The position numbers and the translations under genes are program-made. A stretch of 52,910 nucleotides of DNA, taken from positions 1 to 52,910 of the forward strand of contig CAZEIA010000003.1 in NCBI GenBank assembly GCA_964512335.1, read 5' to 3'. Below the pieces are notes generated by a model that saw only the letters and a list, made by a program, of their open reading frames with translations, made no database searches and was not told the origin of the DNA. This document shows, piece after piece, positions 28,131 through 36,561 of this stretch. The stretch's first letter is position 1. The number at the start of each line of letters is the position of its first letter. Source of the stretch: an uncultured Desulfobacterales bacterium. Its GTDB lineage: Bacteria; Desulfobacterota; DSM-4660; Desulfatiglandales; HGW-15.

Positions 28131-30295
28131 CCGGCGTACGGATCTGTATAGCCGGCATCGGGTTGATCTCCCCGTTGGCGTGCGGGGTCCCGGAGACCTG
28201 GATCGCCTTGAAAGCAGGGAAAAAGGGTATCGGCCCTCTTAAGCTTTTCCCGGTGGCGGAAGGCAGCTCATTGCCGGTCGGAGAAGTCAAGACCCGTCTG
28301 GCTGACCCTGGGGTCCCCAGGACGCACAACCTGGCGCTCATTGCCGCGAAAGAGGCCCTGGCGGGTTCACCCGACCCTCCTGATGCCGTGGTTATGGGGG
28401 TGACCACCGGCGGAATGCTTGAAACCGAGGAGTACTTTAAGACCGGTAAGCCTGTCGGGACAGGGTTCTTATTCCATGCCCCTAGCTCCGTAACCGAATA
28501 CCTGGCTGCACAACTCCGCTGCCCGGGGCCGGTGATCACTGTTTCAACGGCGTGTTCGTCAGGGGTTGCAGCCATCAAGATCGCAGTAGAAATGCTGAGG
28601 GCCAATCAGGCCAAAAGGATCCTTGTGGGTGGTGCGGACGGCCTCTGCCGGCTGACATATTACGGATTCAGGGCCCTTCAGCTGATTGATCCGGCCGGGG
28701 CCAGGCCCCTGGATGTGGACCGTCACGGCATGACTCTGGCGGAAGGGGCCGGCATGATTCTGCTTGAAGCAAGGGAAAAAACGCCGGAGAATGATTCCTG
28801 TGAGGTCCTGGGGGCCGGCCTGTCCTGCGACGCCTATCACCCCTCATCCCCTGATCCCCAGGGGGCAGGCGCTTTGGCTGCCATGAGGGCCGCCCTTGAA
28901 GACGCGGGGATCCTTCTGTCAGGAATCGACTACATCAGTGTCCACGGCACAGGGACCGTTAATAATGATCTCTCAGAAGCAAAGGCCTTAAACGCCCTGT
29001 TCGGCAAGAAGATGCCGCCCCTTTCTTCCGTCAAGGGGGCTATGGGGCACAGCCTGGCAGCGTCGGGGGCCATTGAGGCCGGAATCGCCGCCATGAGTAT
29101 CAGGGGGAGTCTGATACCGGGCACAACCGGCTGTGTTCGGCCCGACCCACGCCTGGGATTGAATCCACTTATCAATCCGCTTGAAGGGGATGTGAACACC
29201 GTCCTTTCAAATGCCTTTGGTTTCGGCGGGAACAATGCCTCGGTGGTTATCGGCCGGCGGGGCTCGATGCGGTTACCGGATACACCGGAAAACGGGCGGC
29301 ATCTTACAGTGACGGGCAGCGCCTGCCTCAGTGGAGCCGGGAATATCATCCAGGCCATACGTGCGGTCTGGGAAACAGGACACTGCCGCGGGATACTCCC
29401 TGACAGGGACTTTTCCTTTAATCTTCCCTCCCGATCCATCCGGCGGTTCAAGCGGCTGTCGCGAATGGCCTTATCCCTGGCCGTTTCGGCCCACGAAAAC
29501 GCAGAAAGCCCTGCTGAACCGGCCTCGGTCTTTTTCAGCACCGGCTGGGGAGCCCTTTCAGAGACATACGGCTTTTTGACCGGACTTGAGTCTTCCGAGG
29601 AGGCGTTTTCCAGCCCTACCGGATTTGTGGGGTCGGTCCACAACGCACCGGCCGGTAACATCGCAGTCCACTTCCGGGCGACCGGTCCTAATATAACGAT
29701 CACAGGTGGTGATTATTCCTTTGAACAGTCTTTGATGACCGCCGGTCTTCTGATAAGAGAAAATCATGTCCCGGCGCTGGTGGTGGGTGCTGACGAGTTC
29801 CACGAAAAGCTCTCCAGGAGTTTTGATCGTTCTGTGGCCGGTTGTGACACGCCGGCCGACGGGGGGGGAGCACTCTGTGTTACGCGTTCCCGAGACCCGT
29901 CAGGCACAAGGATCGCCTCTTTATTCTTTGAAAATCCAAAAAACAATCCTTCGATCATGGGCTCACTGGTCCACAGCCTGGGTGGCATGAAAAGAATCAA
30001 TGCTGCTTATGGGGCCATCTTCGCAGGGATTCCCGGCGCCTGGGAAAATCTCGGCCGCAGGCAGCTCCATGAGTTCTGCACGGATGTGGGTTTCCGGGGG
30101 CCGGTGATCCGGTACCGGCGGTTTACGGGTGAATTTGCCTCGGCGTCGGCCGTGGCAGCGGTCCTTGGCGTCACCTTTGTGAGAGAAGGAAGGATCCCCG
30201 GCGGGTTTGTGGACGGAGGCGATTTCAGCCTGAACGGACAGGGAATTTTGATGCTGGGCCTCGGCGGATTCATAACAGCCGTTGAAATCACCTGA
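28127..30295 (+). CDS. fused beta-ketoacyl synthase / chain-length-factor-like protein (722 aa)
   Basis: The N-terminal half has the full KS triad contexts TACSSG, VHGTGT and GHSLAASG. The C-terminal half (from about nt 29300) is KS-fold-like, but the nucleophile position reads GGDYSFEQ and the His motifs are absent. Confidence 0.85.
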   Translation: MTGVRICIAGIGLISPLACGVPETWIALKAGKKGIGPLKLFPVAEGSSLPVGEVKTRLADPGVPRTHNLALIAAKEALAGSPDPPDAVVMGVTTGGMLETEEYFKTGKPVGTGFLFHAPSSVTEYLAAQLRCPGPVITVSTACSSGVAAIKIAVEMLRANQAKRILVGGADGLCRLTYYGFRALQLIDPAGARPLDVDRHGMTLAEGAGMILLEAREKTPENDSCEVLGAGLSCDAYHPSSPDPQGAGALAAMRAALEDAGILLSGIDYISVHGTGTVNNDLSEAKALNALFGKKMPPLSSVKGAMGHSLAASGAIEAGIAAMSIRGSLIPGTTGCVRPDPRLGLNPLINPLEGDVNTVLSNAFGFGGNNASVVIGRRGSMRLPDTPENGRHLTVTGSACLSGAGNIIQAIRAVWETGHCRGILPDRDFSFNLPSRSIRRFKRLSRMALSLAVSAHENAESPAEPASVFFSTGWGALSETYGFLTGLESSEEAFSSPTGFVGSVHNAPAGNIAVHFRATGPNITITGGDYSFEQSLMTAGLLIRENHVPALVVGADEFHEKLSRSFDRSVAGCDTPADGGGALCVTRSRDPSGTRIASLFFENPKNNPSIMGSLVHSLGGMKRINAAYGAIFAGIPGAWENLGRRQLHEFCTDVGFRGPVIRYRRFTGEFASASAVAAVLGVTFVREGRIPGGFVDGGDFSLNGQGILMLGLGGFITAVEIT

Positions 30296-30356
30296 ACGCT
30301 GACACCTGGTTCCTGGACAGTAATAAATGCGACAAATAGAAAGACAGGGTTTTTGA

Positions 30357-31705
30357 ATGAAGGTATTGCTCATTTCGCCCAACTCCCTGACTACGCCCTA
30401 CCCGGTATACCCCCTGGGTCTTGATTATGTGGCCGATGCAATCAGAGCCGAGCATAAGGTCAAAATCCTGGATATCAACGCCTTGGGGGGGCTCGAAGCT
30501 CTAGGGAAAGCTATTCGGGACTATGTCCCTGACATGGTCGGAATCTCGTTACGAAACATTGACAACACCGATAAAACAGACCCGAGCGTCTTCATGGAGG
30601 ATTATCAGGCGTGTTTAAAGACCGTCCGGAAAAACACCAAGGCCCCGGTGGTACTGGGCGGAGCCGGGTTTACTCTATTTCCCGAACAGATCATGAACGA
30701 ATTGGAAGCTGAGTATGGCATTGTGGGAGAAGGAGAGAGACTGGCCGCACTCCTCAGGGCCATGGAAAAGGGAAAGGATGTTTCCCGTATCCCCGGTATC
30801 GTGACCAGGGATTCGAACAAGGGGGCATTTGTGCCCCTTGACCGGGCATTCGCTCTGAATTGTCGCCCCGAGCCTTCAGGACTGGAGTATTATCTGAAAA
30901 ACGGTGGAATGCTTAACCTTCAAACCAAACGTGGATGCCCTTTCAAGTGCATCTATTGCACCTATCCCGGCATCGAAGGTGACCGGTTACGGCGCATTCC
31001 TCCTGAGGCGGCCGCGGAGCAGGCATTGCGTCTTCAGGAATCAGGGGCACGATACTTCTTTGTGACGGACTCTGCTTTTAATGCCGACTACGCACACAGC
31101 TCCCAGGTGGCCGAGGCGTTCATGGATACAGGAATTTCTATCCCCTGGGGGGCCTTTTTCGCCCCCACGAGCCCCCCTGACGGATATTTCCAGATCCTGG
31201 CCGATGCAGGGCTTTCCCATGTGGAGTTCGGCACCGAGTCATTGTCGGATAAGATGTTGGCGGCGTACGGAAAGCCTTTTCGATCCGATCATGTGATCAA
31301 GGCCCATGAGCGTGCCCTTGATGCAGGCTTATATGTCGCCCACTATTTTCTCCTCGGAGGGCCGGGTGAGGATGCAGACACGATCGAGGACACCTTTTCC
31401 AATATTGCTCGACTCAAAAAAAGCGTCTTCTTTTTTTTTGTGCTATGCGTATTTATCCCGGTACAGCACTTTATGAAATCGCAGCGGAAGAGGGTCAGAT
31501 ATCAAGGGATCAGAGTCTCTTGAGACCGGTTTTCTACGAGCCCGGGCGGATCGGGAGCGATGAAATCGTCCGGAGGCTCAAAAAGCAAGCTGAGGGACGG
31601 CCCAACTGGGTGACGGGGGCGGGAGGTGAAGCCACTACCAGGGTCATTTCCAGGTTATACAGCCGGGGACATACGGGCCCGCTCTGGGAGTACCTGATTC
31701 GGTGA
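30357..31705 (+). pseudogene. B12-binding-domain radical SAM protein (lipid-cluster type), interrupted by a -1 frameshift in a T9 run
   Basis: N-terminal MKVLLISPN...YPLGLDYVA (B12-binding fold) and the CxxxCxxC motif RGCPFKCIYCTY. The frame is lost at T9 (31431-31439). The family-typical continuation ...MRIYPGTALYEIAAEEG... lies in the other frame (31445-31705). One extra T would give a continuous 449-aa protein. Confidence 0.8.
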
Positions 31706-31781
31706 CCCCGTATGCCCTTCAAGGGTTTAATCCCCCTGGGAACACTTCCGGCATAAACCGGAACCACCGTTTCACGGGGCT

Positions 31782-32498
31782 TCACCCGTGGAATGCGTTC
31801 AGACACTCCTGCATGAGATTGACAAGCGTGGCCGGCTTTTTGTCATTCAACAGCACCTCCCCCTCTTCTGTCAATTCCACAACACCGTAATAAGGCCTTT
31901 GTTCAAAGTGAGGTGTCTGCTCGATCATGATAAAAGCCGCTCCAGGCGGTATTTTCGCTGTCGACGGGAAATCCGGAGGACAATTCCCGTCCACTATCCC
32001 TGCAAGGCCTTTTTCAAACTCATTCAACCGCATGTTCAAGAGGAGCGCGCTCAAACTCGAGAGGCCGGCAAAATGGGGGTCATGGATCACATAGGATAAT
32101 CCGGTGGTCCCGTAGTGACCGGCGGCCTCCCCCAGAAAGCAGTTGGGAAGTGTATAGGAAAACAGAATCGGGCTTCCCTGACCCCCGTCACCTTGAATAA
32201 CCGTATCATAATAGTCCATATCGGTCTGAAGACACCCATACACCGTAGAGGCGACGATGCCGATGGGACGCTTTTCCGTCCATTCATGGAGCCCGGCATC
32301 CCTCAACGCAAATGCGATCCCGGCCAGACCCAGTTTGGAAAACTCATCCATGCGGCCGAAATGAGAAAAGGGTTTGTCAGTCACTGCTTTCCGGCTGACC
32401 GGAGGCACGCTGCCGGGGGTCATATCAAAACACTTGCTCTCCCGGCCGCAACCCATTCCCCCGACTGTAACCCAACCCATACCGGTAATGAACGGCAT
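31782..32498 (-). CDS. half-size KS-like protein lacking the active-site cysteine (CLF-like partner)
   Basis: 238 aa starting ITGMGWVT, like a KS N-terminus. There is no ACSS-type nucleophile (the region reads VIHDPHFAGLSSL) and no His motifs. It starts 5 nt after the stop of the upstream KS. Confidence 0.7.
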   Translation of the reverse strand: MPFITGMGWVTVGGMGCGRESKCFDMTPGSVPPVSRKAVTDKPFSHFGRMDEFSKLGLAGIAFALRDAGLHEWTEKRPIGIVASTVYGCLQTDMDYYDTVIQGDGGQGSPILFSYTLPNCFLGEAAGHYGTTGLSYVIHDPHFAGLSSLSALLLNMRLNEFEKGLAGIVDGNCPPDFPSTAKIPPGAAFIMIEQTPHFEQRPYYGVVELTEEGEVLLNDKKPATLVNLMQECLNAFHG

Positions 32499-32503
32499 AA
32501 CAT

Positions 32504-33721
32504 TCAGCCTCCTCTTTCCAGGACAATGACGGCGTTTACACCCCCGAAACCTGAATTGGAGGTCAACAGGTAATCGCCCCGTACGGCAAGAGGTTTGTCA
32601 AAAACTCGGCCCTGAGCCCCCTCGGCAGGACAGGAAAACCCCACTGTGGGCGGCACAATCTGCCGGGCAAGCACTTTCAGGCCCAGAGCAATTTCAATGC
32701 CCCCTGCAGCGCCCAGGGTATGCCCGATGGCCCCTTTGACTGAATACACAGGTGGCCAACACATGCTTGCGTGGTCTCCGAAACACCGGCCGAGGGCTCT
32801 CAGCTCCATGGCATCATTGGAGATCGTTCCAGTACCGTGCGCACAGACGGCACACACTGCTTCTTTTTTCAGGCCTGCACGTCTCAAAGCTTGGTTGATG
32901 GCGCTTGTCAAGCCGTATCCATCAGGATCCGGAGCGGTGATATGAAAGGCGTCATTAGCGGCACCCCACCCGCAGACCTTGCCCAAGGGTGTTTTTCCCT
33001 CGGCTTCAGCCCGTTGTTTGCTCATGAGAAGCAGAGCAACTGCGCCTTCCCCCAGGCTCAGGCCGCTGCGATTAAGATCAAAAGGCCTGCAGGGGGTTAC
33101 GGAAAGAGCGCCTAAGGCGGAAAACCCGGAGAACACAAACTCGGTCACAAGATCCGCACTGCATACGAGTACGGCATCGGTTGTTCCGGAACGGATTAAT
33201 ACGCAAGCCTGCGAAACCGCGATTGCTGAAGAAGCGCAGGCTGCGCTGATGTTTACTCCTTGCTTATTCAGCCCGAATGTCTCGGACACAACCTGCGGAA
33301 AGGATGCGGGAAGGATTTTTTCGGCATGGTACGGCCGGCCCCGTTTAAGCCTCTCCAGCACGTCCACTCCCGCCTTGGCGGTAGCGGTCAAGAGCGATAC
33401 ATCCGAAGGGACAGGCCCCAACCCCCGGGCCAGCCGCGCCAGCAGATCATTCATCATGGAGCCATATCCCGTTGGCTTCAGGTCTGGAATACAGGCCGCG
33501 ACACTGCTCGGGTATTCATCTGCATTGAACCTGTCAATCGAACGGATGGCCGTCTTTGAATTGAGGAGCGCAGGCCATATTTCCTCGAGGCAGTCACCCA
33601 GTGCGGTAACCGCAGCCACACCCGTAATCCAGATTTCTTTTTGCCCCGTCGTATAAGTGAACATCATGACATCTCTTTCAGCATATTTAGCCCAAGGGTA
33701 CATGACCAATATATCGACCAC
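32504..33721 (-). CDS. beta-ketoacyl-ACP synthase (FabF/KS-alpha-like)
   Basis: 405 aa with SAACASSA (Cys), AHGTGT and GHTLGAAG motifs, and GFGGVNA near the C-terminus. Confidence 0.9.
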   Translation of the reverse strand: MVDILVMYPWAKYAERDVMMFTYTTGQKEIWITGVAAVTALGDCLEEIWPALLNSKTAIRSIDRFNADEYPSSVAACIPDLKPTGYGSMMNDLLARLARGLGPVPSDVSLLTATAKAGVDVLERLKRGRPYHAEKILPASFPQVVSETFGLNKQGVNISAACASSAIAVSQACVLIRSGTTDAVLVCSADLVTEFVFSGFSALGALSVTPCRPFDLNRSGLSLGEGAVALLLMSKQRAEAEGKTPLGKVCGWGAANDAFHITAPDPDGYGLTSAINQALRRAGLKKEAVCAVCAHGTGTISNDAMELRALGRCFGDHASMCWPPVYSVKGAIGHTLGAAGGIEIALGLKVLARQIVPPTVGFSCPAEGAQGRVFDKPLAVRGDYLLTSNSGFGGVNAVIVLERGG

Positions 33722-34276
33722 CCCGCGGCAATTCTCCGTTCCGCAAGCCTACTGAAGTCTTCGCCTGAAGGCGAGGGTTTTTCTCCCCTTCCCCGAAGAG
33801 TAACTACCGGGTTTAAGGGTAACACTTGACGTTATTATCGCAATGCGTTAATACCACTTAGCAGGTTATCATTAGGAGATCATACTAAAAATAAAAACTT
33901 GCCACCCATTCATCCAGGCTGAAGTCTTATGGGATATTCTTTGGAGACCACTGGAATCAGCAATTATTGTTTGGGAAAAGATCAATTGTGGTCGATACTG
34001 CAGTTCGCTTTTGTCGCATTTTTGGCATGACTTCACAGTTCTTTTATATCTCCAGTATAGTTACAAACTCTAAGCCACGGCGTATTTGTTTGCGGTATGC
34101 CTTGATTACGAAGTGAATACAATGCATGTTACAACTTCTTAATTTATACTGAGACTCAAGTAATTAATTTCTAGAACAATGTGACAGGCTATGACTTTGA
34201 CTTAAAAATAAAAATCTTATCATTTTTTTCTTTTTTAAAATCATGTCATGACATATAATTATACAGGATAATTAAG

Positions 34277-35788
34277 TTGAACTCGATTCAAAATGTTTTG
34301 GTGGGCTTGCAACCGCCGCTTGTGTGGAAGCACTTTTACGAAATCAGCCGGATCCCTCGCTGCTCGGGTTATGAGGAAAAGATCAGAGAATATGTTATTG
34401 AGGTTGCGCGCTTAAATGACCTTGTCGCCAAGGTCGATAACGGCGGCAACCTGGCCGTGACCCGGCCTGCGGCTCCGGGGTTCGCCGACACGCCGGGGGT
34501 AATCCTCCAGGCACATCTGGACATGGTCTGCGAAAAAGACGAGGATATTGTCTTCGATTTTTCCGCCCAGCCCCTCCAGCTCAAGATCGACGGGGACTGG
34601 TTGAAAGCAGAGGGCACAACCCTGGGGGCCGATAACGGAATCGGAGTGGCGATCGCCCTGGCGGTTCTGGAGGACCGTGAGCTTGAACTGCCCCAGGTGG
34701 AGGCCCTGTTCACGGTATCGGAGGAAATCGGCCTGCTCGGCGCCAAGGCCCTGGCCCCTGATTTGGTAAGAGGGCAAATCCTGATCAACCTGGATACCGA
34801 GAATGTGGACACCTTCTACATCGGCTGTGCCGGTGGATGTGACACTTTCATCGAAATCCCCATGGAAACCGAAATGATCCCAGCGGGGTTCAGGCCGATA
34901 CGAATTGTTATCCAGGGCCTGGCCGGCGGCCATTCCGGCGTGGAGATCCATCAAGGCCGGGCCAATGCCGTCAAGCTGATGGGACGACTGCTGAATGCAG
35001 CCGCCGCGGCAACCGATATCAGGCTGGCATGGATAAACGCCGGAAAATCCGTAAACGTCATTCCCCGCCGGGCTGAAGCCCTGGCCCTGGTGTGTTCCAC
35101 AGCACTGCCTGCCCTGAAAAAACTGCTCTCTGAACTCCGGGCGGTCTTTCAGGCCGAGGTCACCCGGCGCGATAACGGGCTGGATATCCAAATCATCGAA
35201 GAAGCTCCTGTTGACAAGACCACTGTCATGACGCAAGCATGCCAGCAAAGAATTATCAGACTCCTGCTGGCATTGCCATACGGCCCGACCCAACTGGACC
35301 AGACCGTCCCCGGCCTGGTGAAAACCTCCACCAACCCGGCGGCCGTGACCACAGAGCCTGAACAGGTGGTGATCGCCACCAAACAGCGCGGCTCCGATGA
35401 TACGGAAATGCTGGCCCTCAGCCGATCCATAGAAGCTATAGGTCTCCTGGCAGGAGCGAAAGTGCGACAAAGCGGCCATTATACAGGCTGGAAGCCCGAC
35501 ACCGAATCTCCTCTTCTCCAGCTGGCCAAAAAGGTTTTTGAACAAATCAACGGCCGTCCCCCTGCGGTTGAGTCGATCCATGCCGGTCTGGAATGCGGAA
35601 TCCTCGGCGAAAAACTCCCCGGGCTTAAGATGTTGAGTGTAGGTGCCACTATCCACAACGCCCATTCACCTCAAGAAAAAATGAGCCTCTCTTCGGTCGG
35701 CCGGCTGTGGAGCTTTCTGGTTGCATTGCTTAAAGCCCTGTCCAAGGATATGGAAACAAAATGCGGAAAGGATCACCAATGCGCATAA
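34277..35788 (+). CDS. pepD: aminoacyl-histidine (Xaa-His) dipeptidase PepD, peptidase M20C
   Basis: Collinear by eye with E. coli PepD along its length: PPLVWKHFYEISRIPR, VILQAHLDMV, GTTLGADNGIG, TVSEEIGLLGA, IHAGLECG, GATIHNAHSPQE. TTG start with AGGA 8 nt upstream. Confidence 0.9.
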   Translation: MNSIQNVLVGLQPPLVWKHFYEISRIPRCSGYEEKIREYVIEVARLNDLVAKVDNGGNLAVTRPAAPGFADTPGVILQAHLDMVCEKDEDIVFDFSAQPLQLKIDGDWLKAEGTTLGADNGIGVAIALAVLEDRELELPQVEALFTVSEEIGLLGAKALAPDLVRGQILINLDTENVDTFYIGCAGGCDTFIEIPMETEMIPAGFRPIRIVIQGLAGGHSGVEIHQGRANAVKLMGRLLNAAAAATDIRLAWINAGKSVNVIPRRAEALALVCSTALPALKKLLSELRAVFQAEVTRRDNGLDIQIIEEAPVDKTTVMTQACQQRIIRLLLALPYGPTQLDQTVPGLVKTSTNPAAVTTEPEQVVIATKQRGSDDTEMLALSRSIEAIGLLAGAKVRQSGHYTGWKPDTESPLLQLAKKVFEQINGRPPAVESIHAGLECGILGEKLPGLKMLSVGATIHNAHSPQEKMSLSSVGRLWSFLVALLKALSKDMETKCGKDHQCA

Positions 35789-36480
35789 AAGTCATAGTTC
35801 CGGTGGCGACCGACAAGTGGGATTCCCTGGCGGCCTCGCGGTCCGGCCTGCAGTTGAAACCGGAAACCGTCCTTGAAGTGGTTCACCTCACCTGCGGTCC
35901 GGAGGCCATTCAGTCCGAATACACGGAAGCGCAGGCCGCGCCTTTTGTCTTGAAAGAAGTCAAGAAAGGGACTGAAACCGGATGCGATGCCATGGTTATC
36001 TGGTGTTTTTCCGATCCGGGCCTGGCGGCGGCCAGGGAATTGTCCCACGTGCCGGTGCTGGGCATCGGGCACACTTCGCAACTGATCGCCCTAGACCTGG
36101 CCGACCGGGTGGGTATCATCACCACCCTTGATCAGTCGATAAATCGGATTCGACGCAAAATCGCAGCCCGCGGGCTGACGGTCCGCATCCCCTCGGTGTG
36201 GCCCCTTAATATACCGGTCCTGGAATACGACCGGAAAGAGGCCGTCATACAGCGAGCCGGAGAGGTCGCCTCCCAAATGATTGATCAGGACGGGGTTGAG
36301 GGGATCATCCTCGGGTGTGGGGCCATGGACGGGGCAAGGGCCTTTCTCGAGAAAGAATTCGGACTGCCGGTGATCGAACCCGGTCCCGTGACCGTAAAAC
36401 AGGCGGAAACCATCGCCGGATTCGGTCTCTGTCACAGCAAGCGGTCCTATATGAACCCTTTGCCGGTCACCGAACACTGA
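35779..36480 (+). CDS. Asp/Glu/hydantoin racemase family protein (HyuE-like)
   Basis: Starts MRIKVIVPV, as hydantoin racemases do, with two conserved Cys contexts (VIWCFSDPG, IILGCGAM). The start overlaps the pepD stop by 10 nt. Confidence 0.7.
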   Translation: MRIKVIVPVATDKWDSLAASRSGLQLKPETVLEVVHLTCGPEAIQSEYTEAQAAPFVLKEVKKGTETGCDAMVIWCFSDPGLAAARELSHVPVLGIGHTSQLIALDLADRVGIITTLDQSINRIRRKIAARGLTVRIPSVWPLNIPVLEYDRKEAVIQRAGEVASQMIDQDGVEGIILGCGAMDGARAFLEKEFGLPVIEPGPVTVKQAETIAGFGLCHSKRSYMNPLPVTEH

Positions 36481-36561
36481 TCCGCCGGATTACAAAAGTG
36501 CAAAGCCATGATTCCCGGCAGGAACGGAGAAACCTAATAGAACTTTTTTCAGGGAGGAGCC

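Noticed and set aside
28930-29703. 257-aa minus-strand ORF inside the KS-CLF fusion gene
   Set aside because: It is antisense to a frame with KS motifs and has no recognisable features.
31440-31523. C-terminal tail VLCVFIPVQHFMKSQRKRVRYQGIRVS of the 30357 ORF as genuine protein sequence
   Set aside because: It is out of frame relative to the conserved MRIYPGT... continuation, and so is a consequence of the T9 frameshift.
33757-33790. Hairpin TCGCC-tgaa-GGCGA followed by GGTTTTTC on the plus strand, upstream of the minus-strand KS start
   Set aside because: The stem is short (5-6 bp), and there is no plus-strand gene upstream for it to terminate. It may be part of the KS promoter or leader region.
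33929-34030. 33-aa ORF inside the AT-rich island
   Set aside because: It has no SD, and AT-rich sequence generates short ORFs by chance.
34412-35665. 417-aa ORF on the minus strand, antisense to pepD
   Set aside because: It lies entirely inside the strongly supported PepD frame. Its composition (Gly/Arg/Gln/His/Phe-rich) has no motifs. It is a typical shadow ORF of a GC-rich gene.
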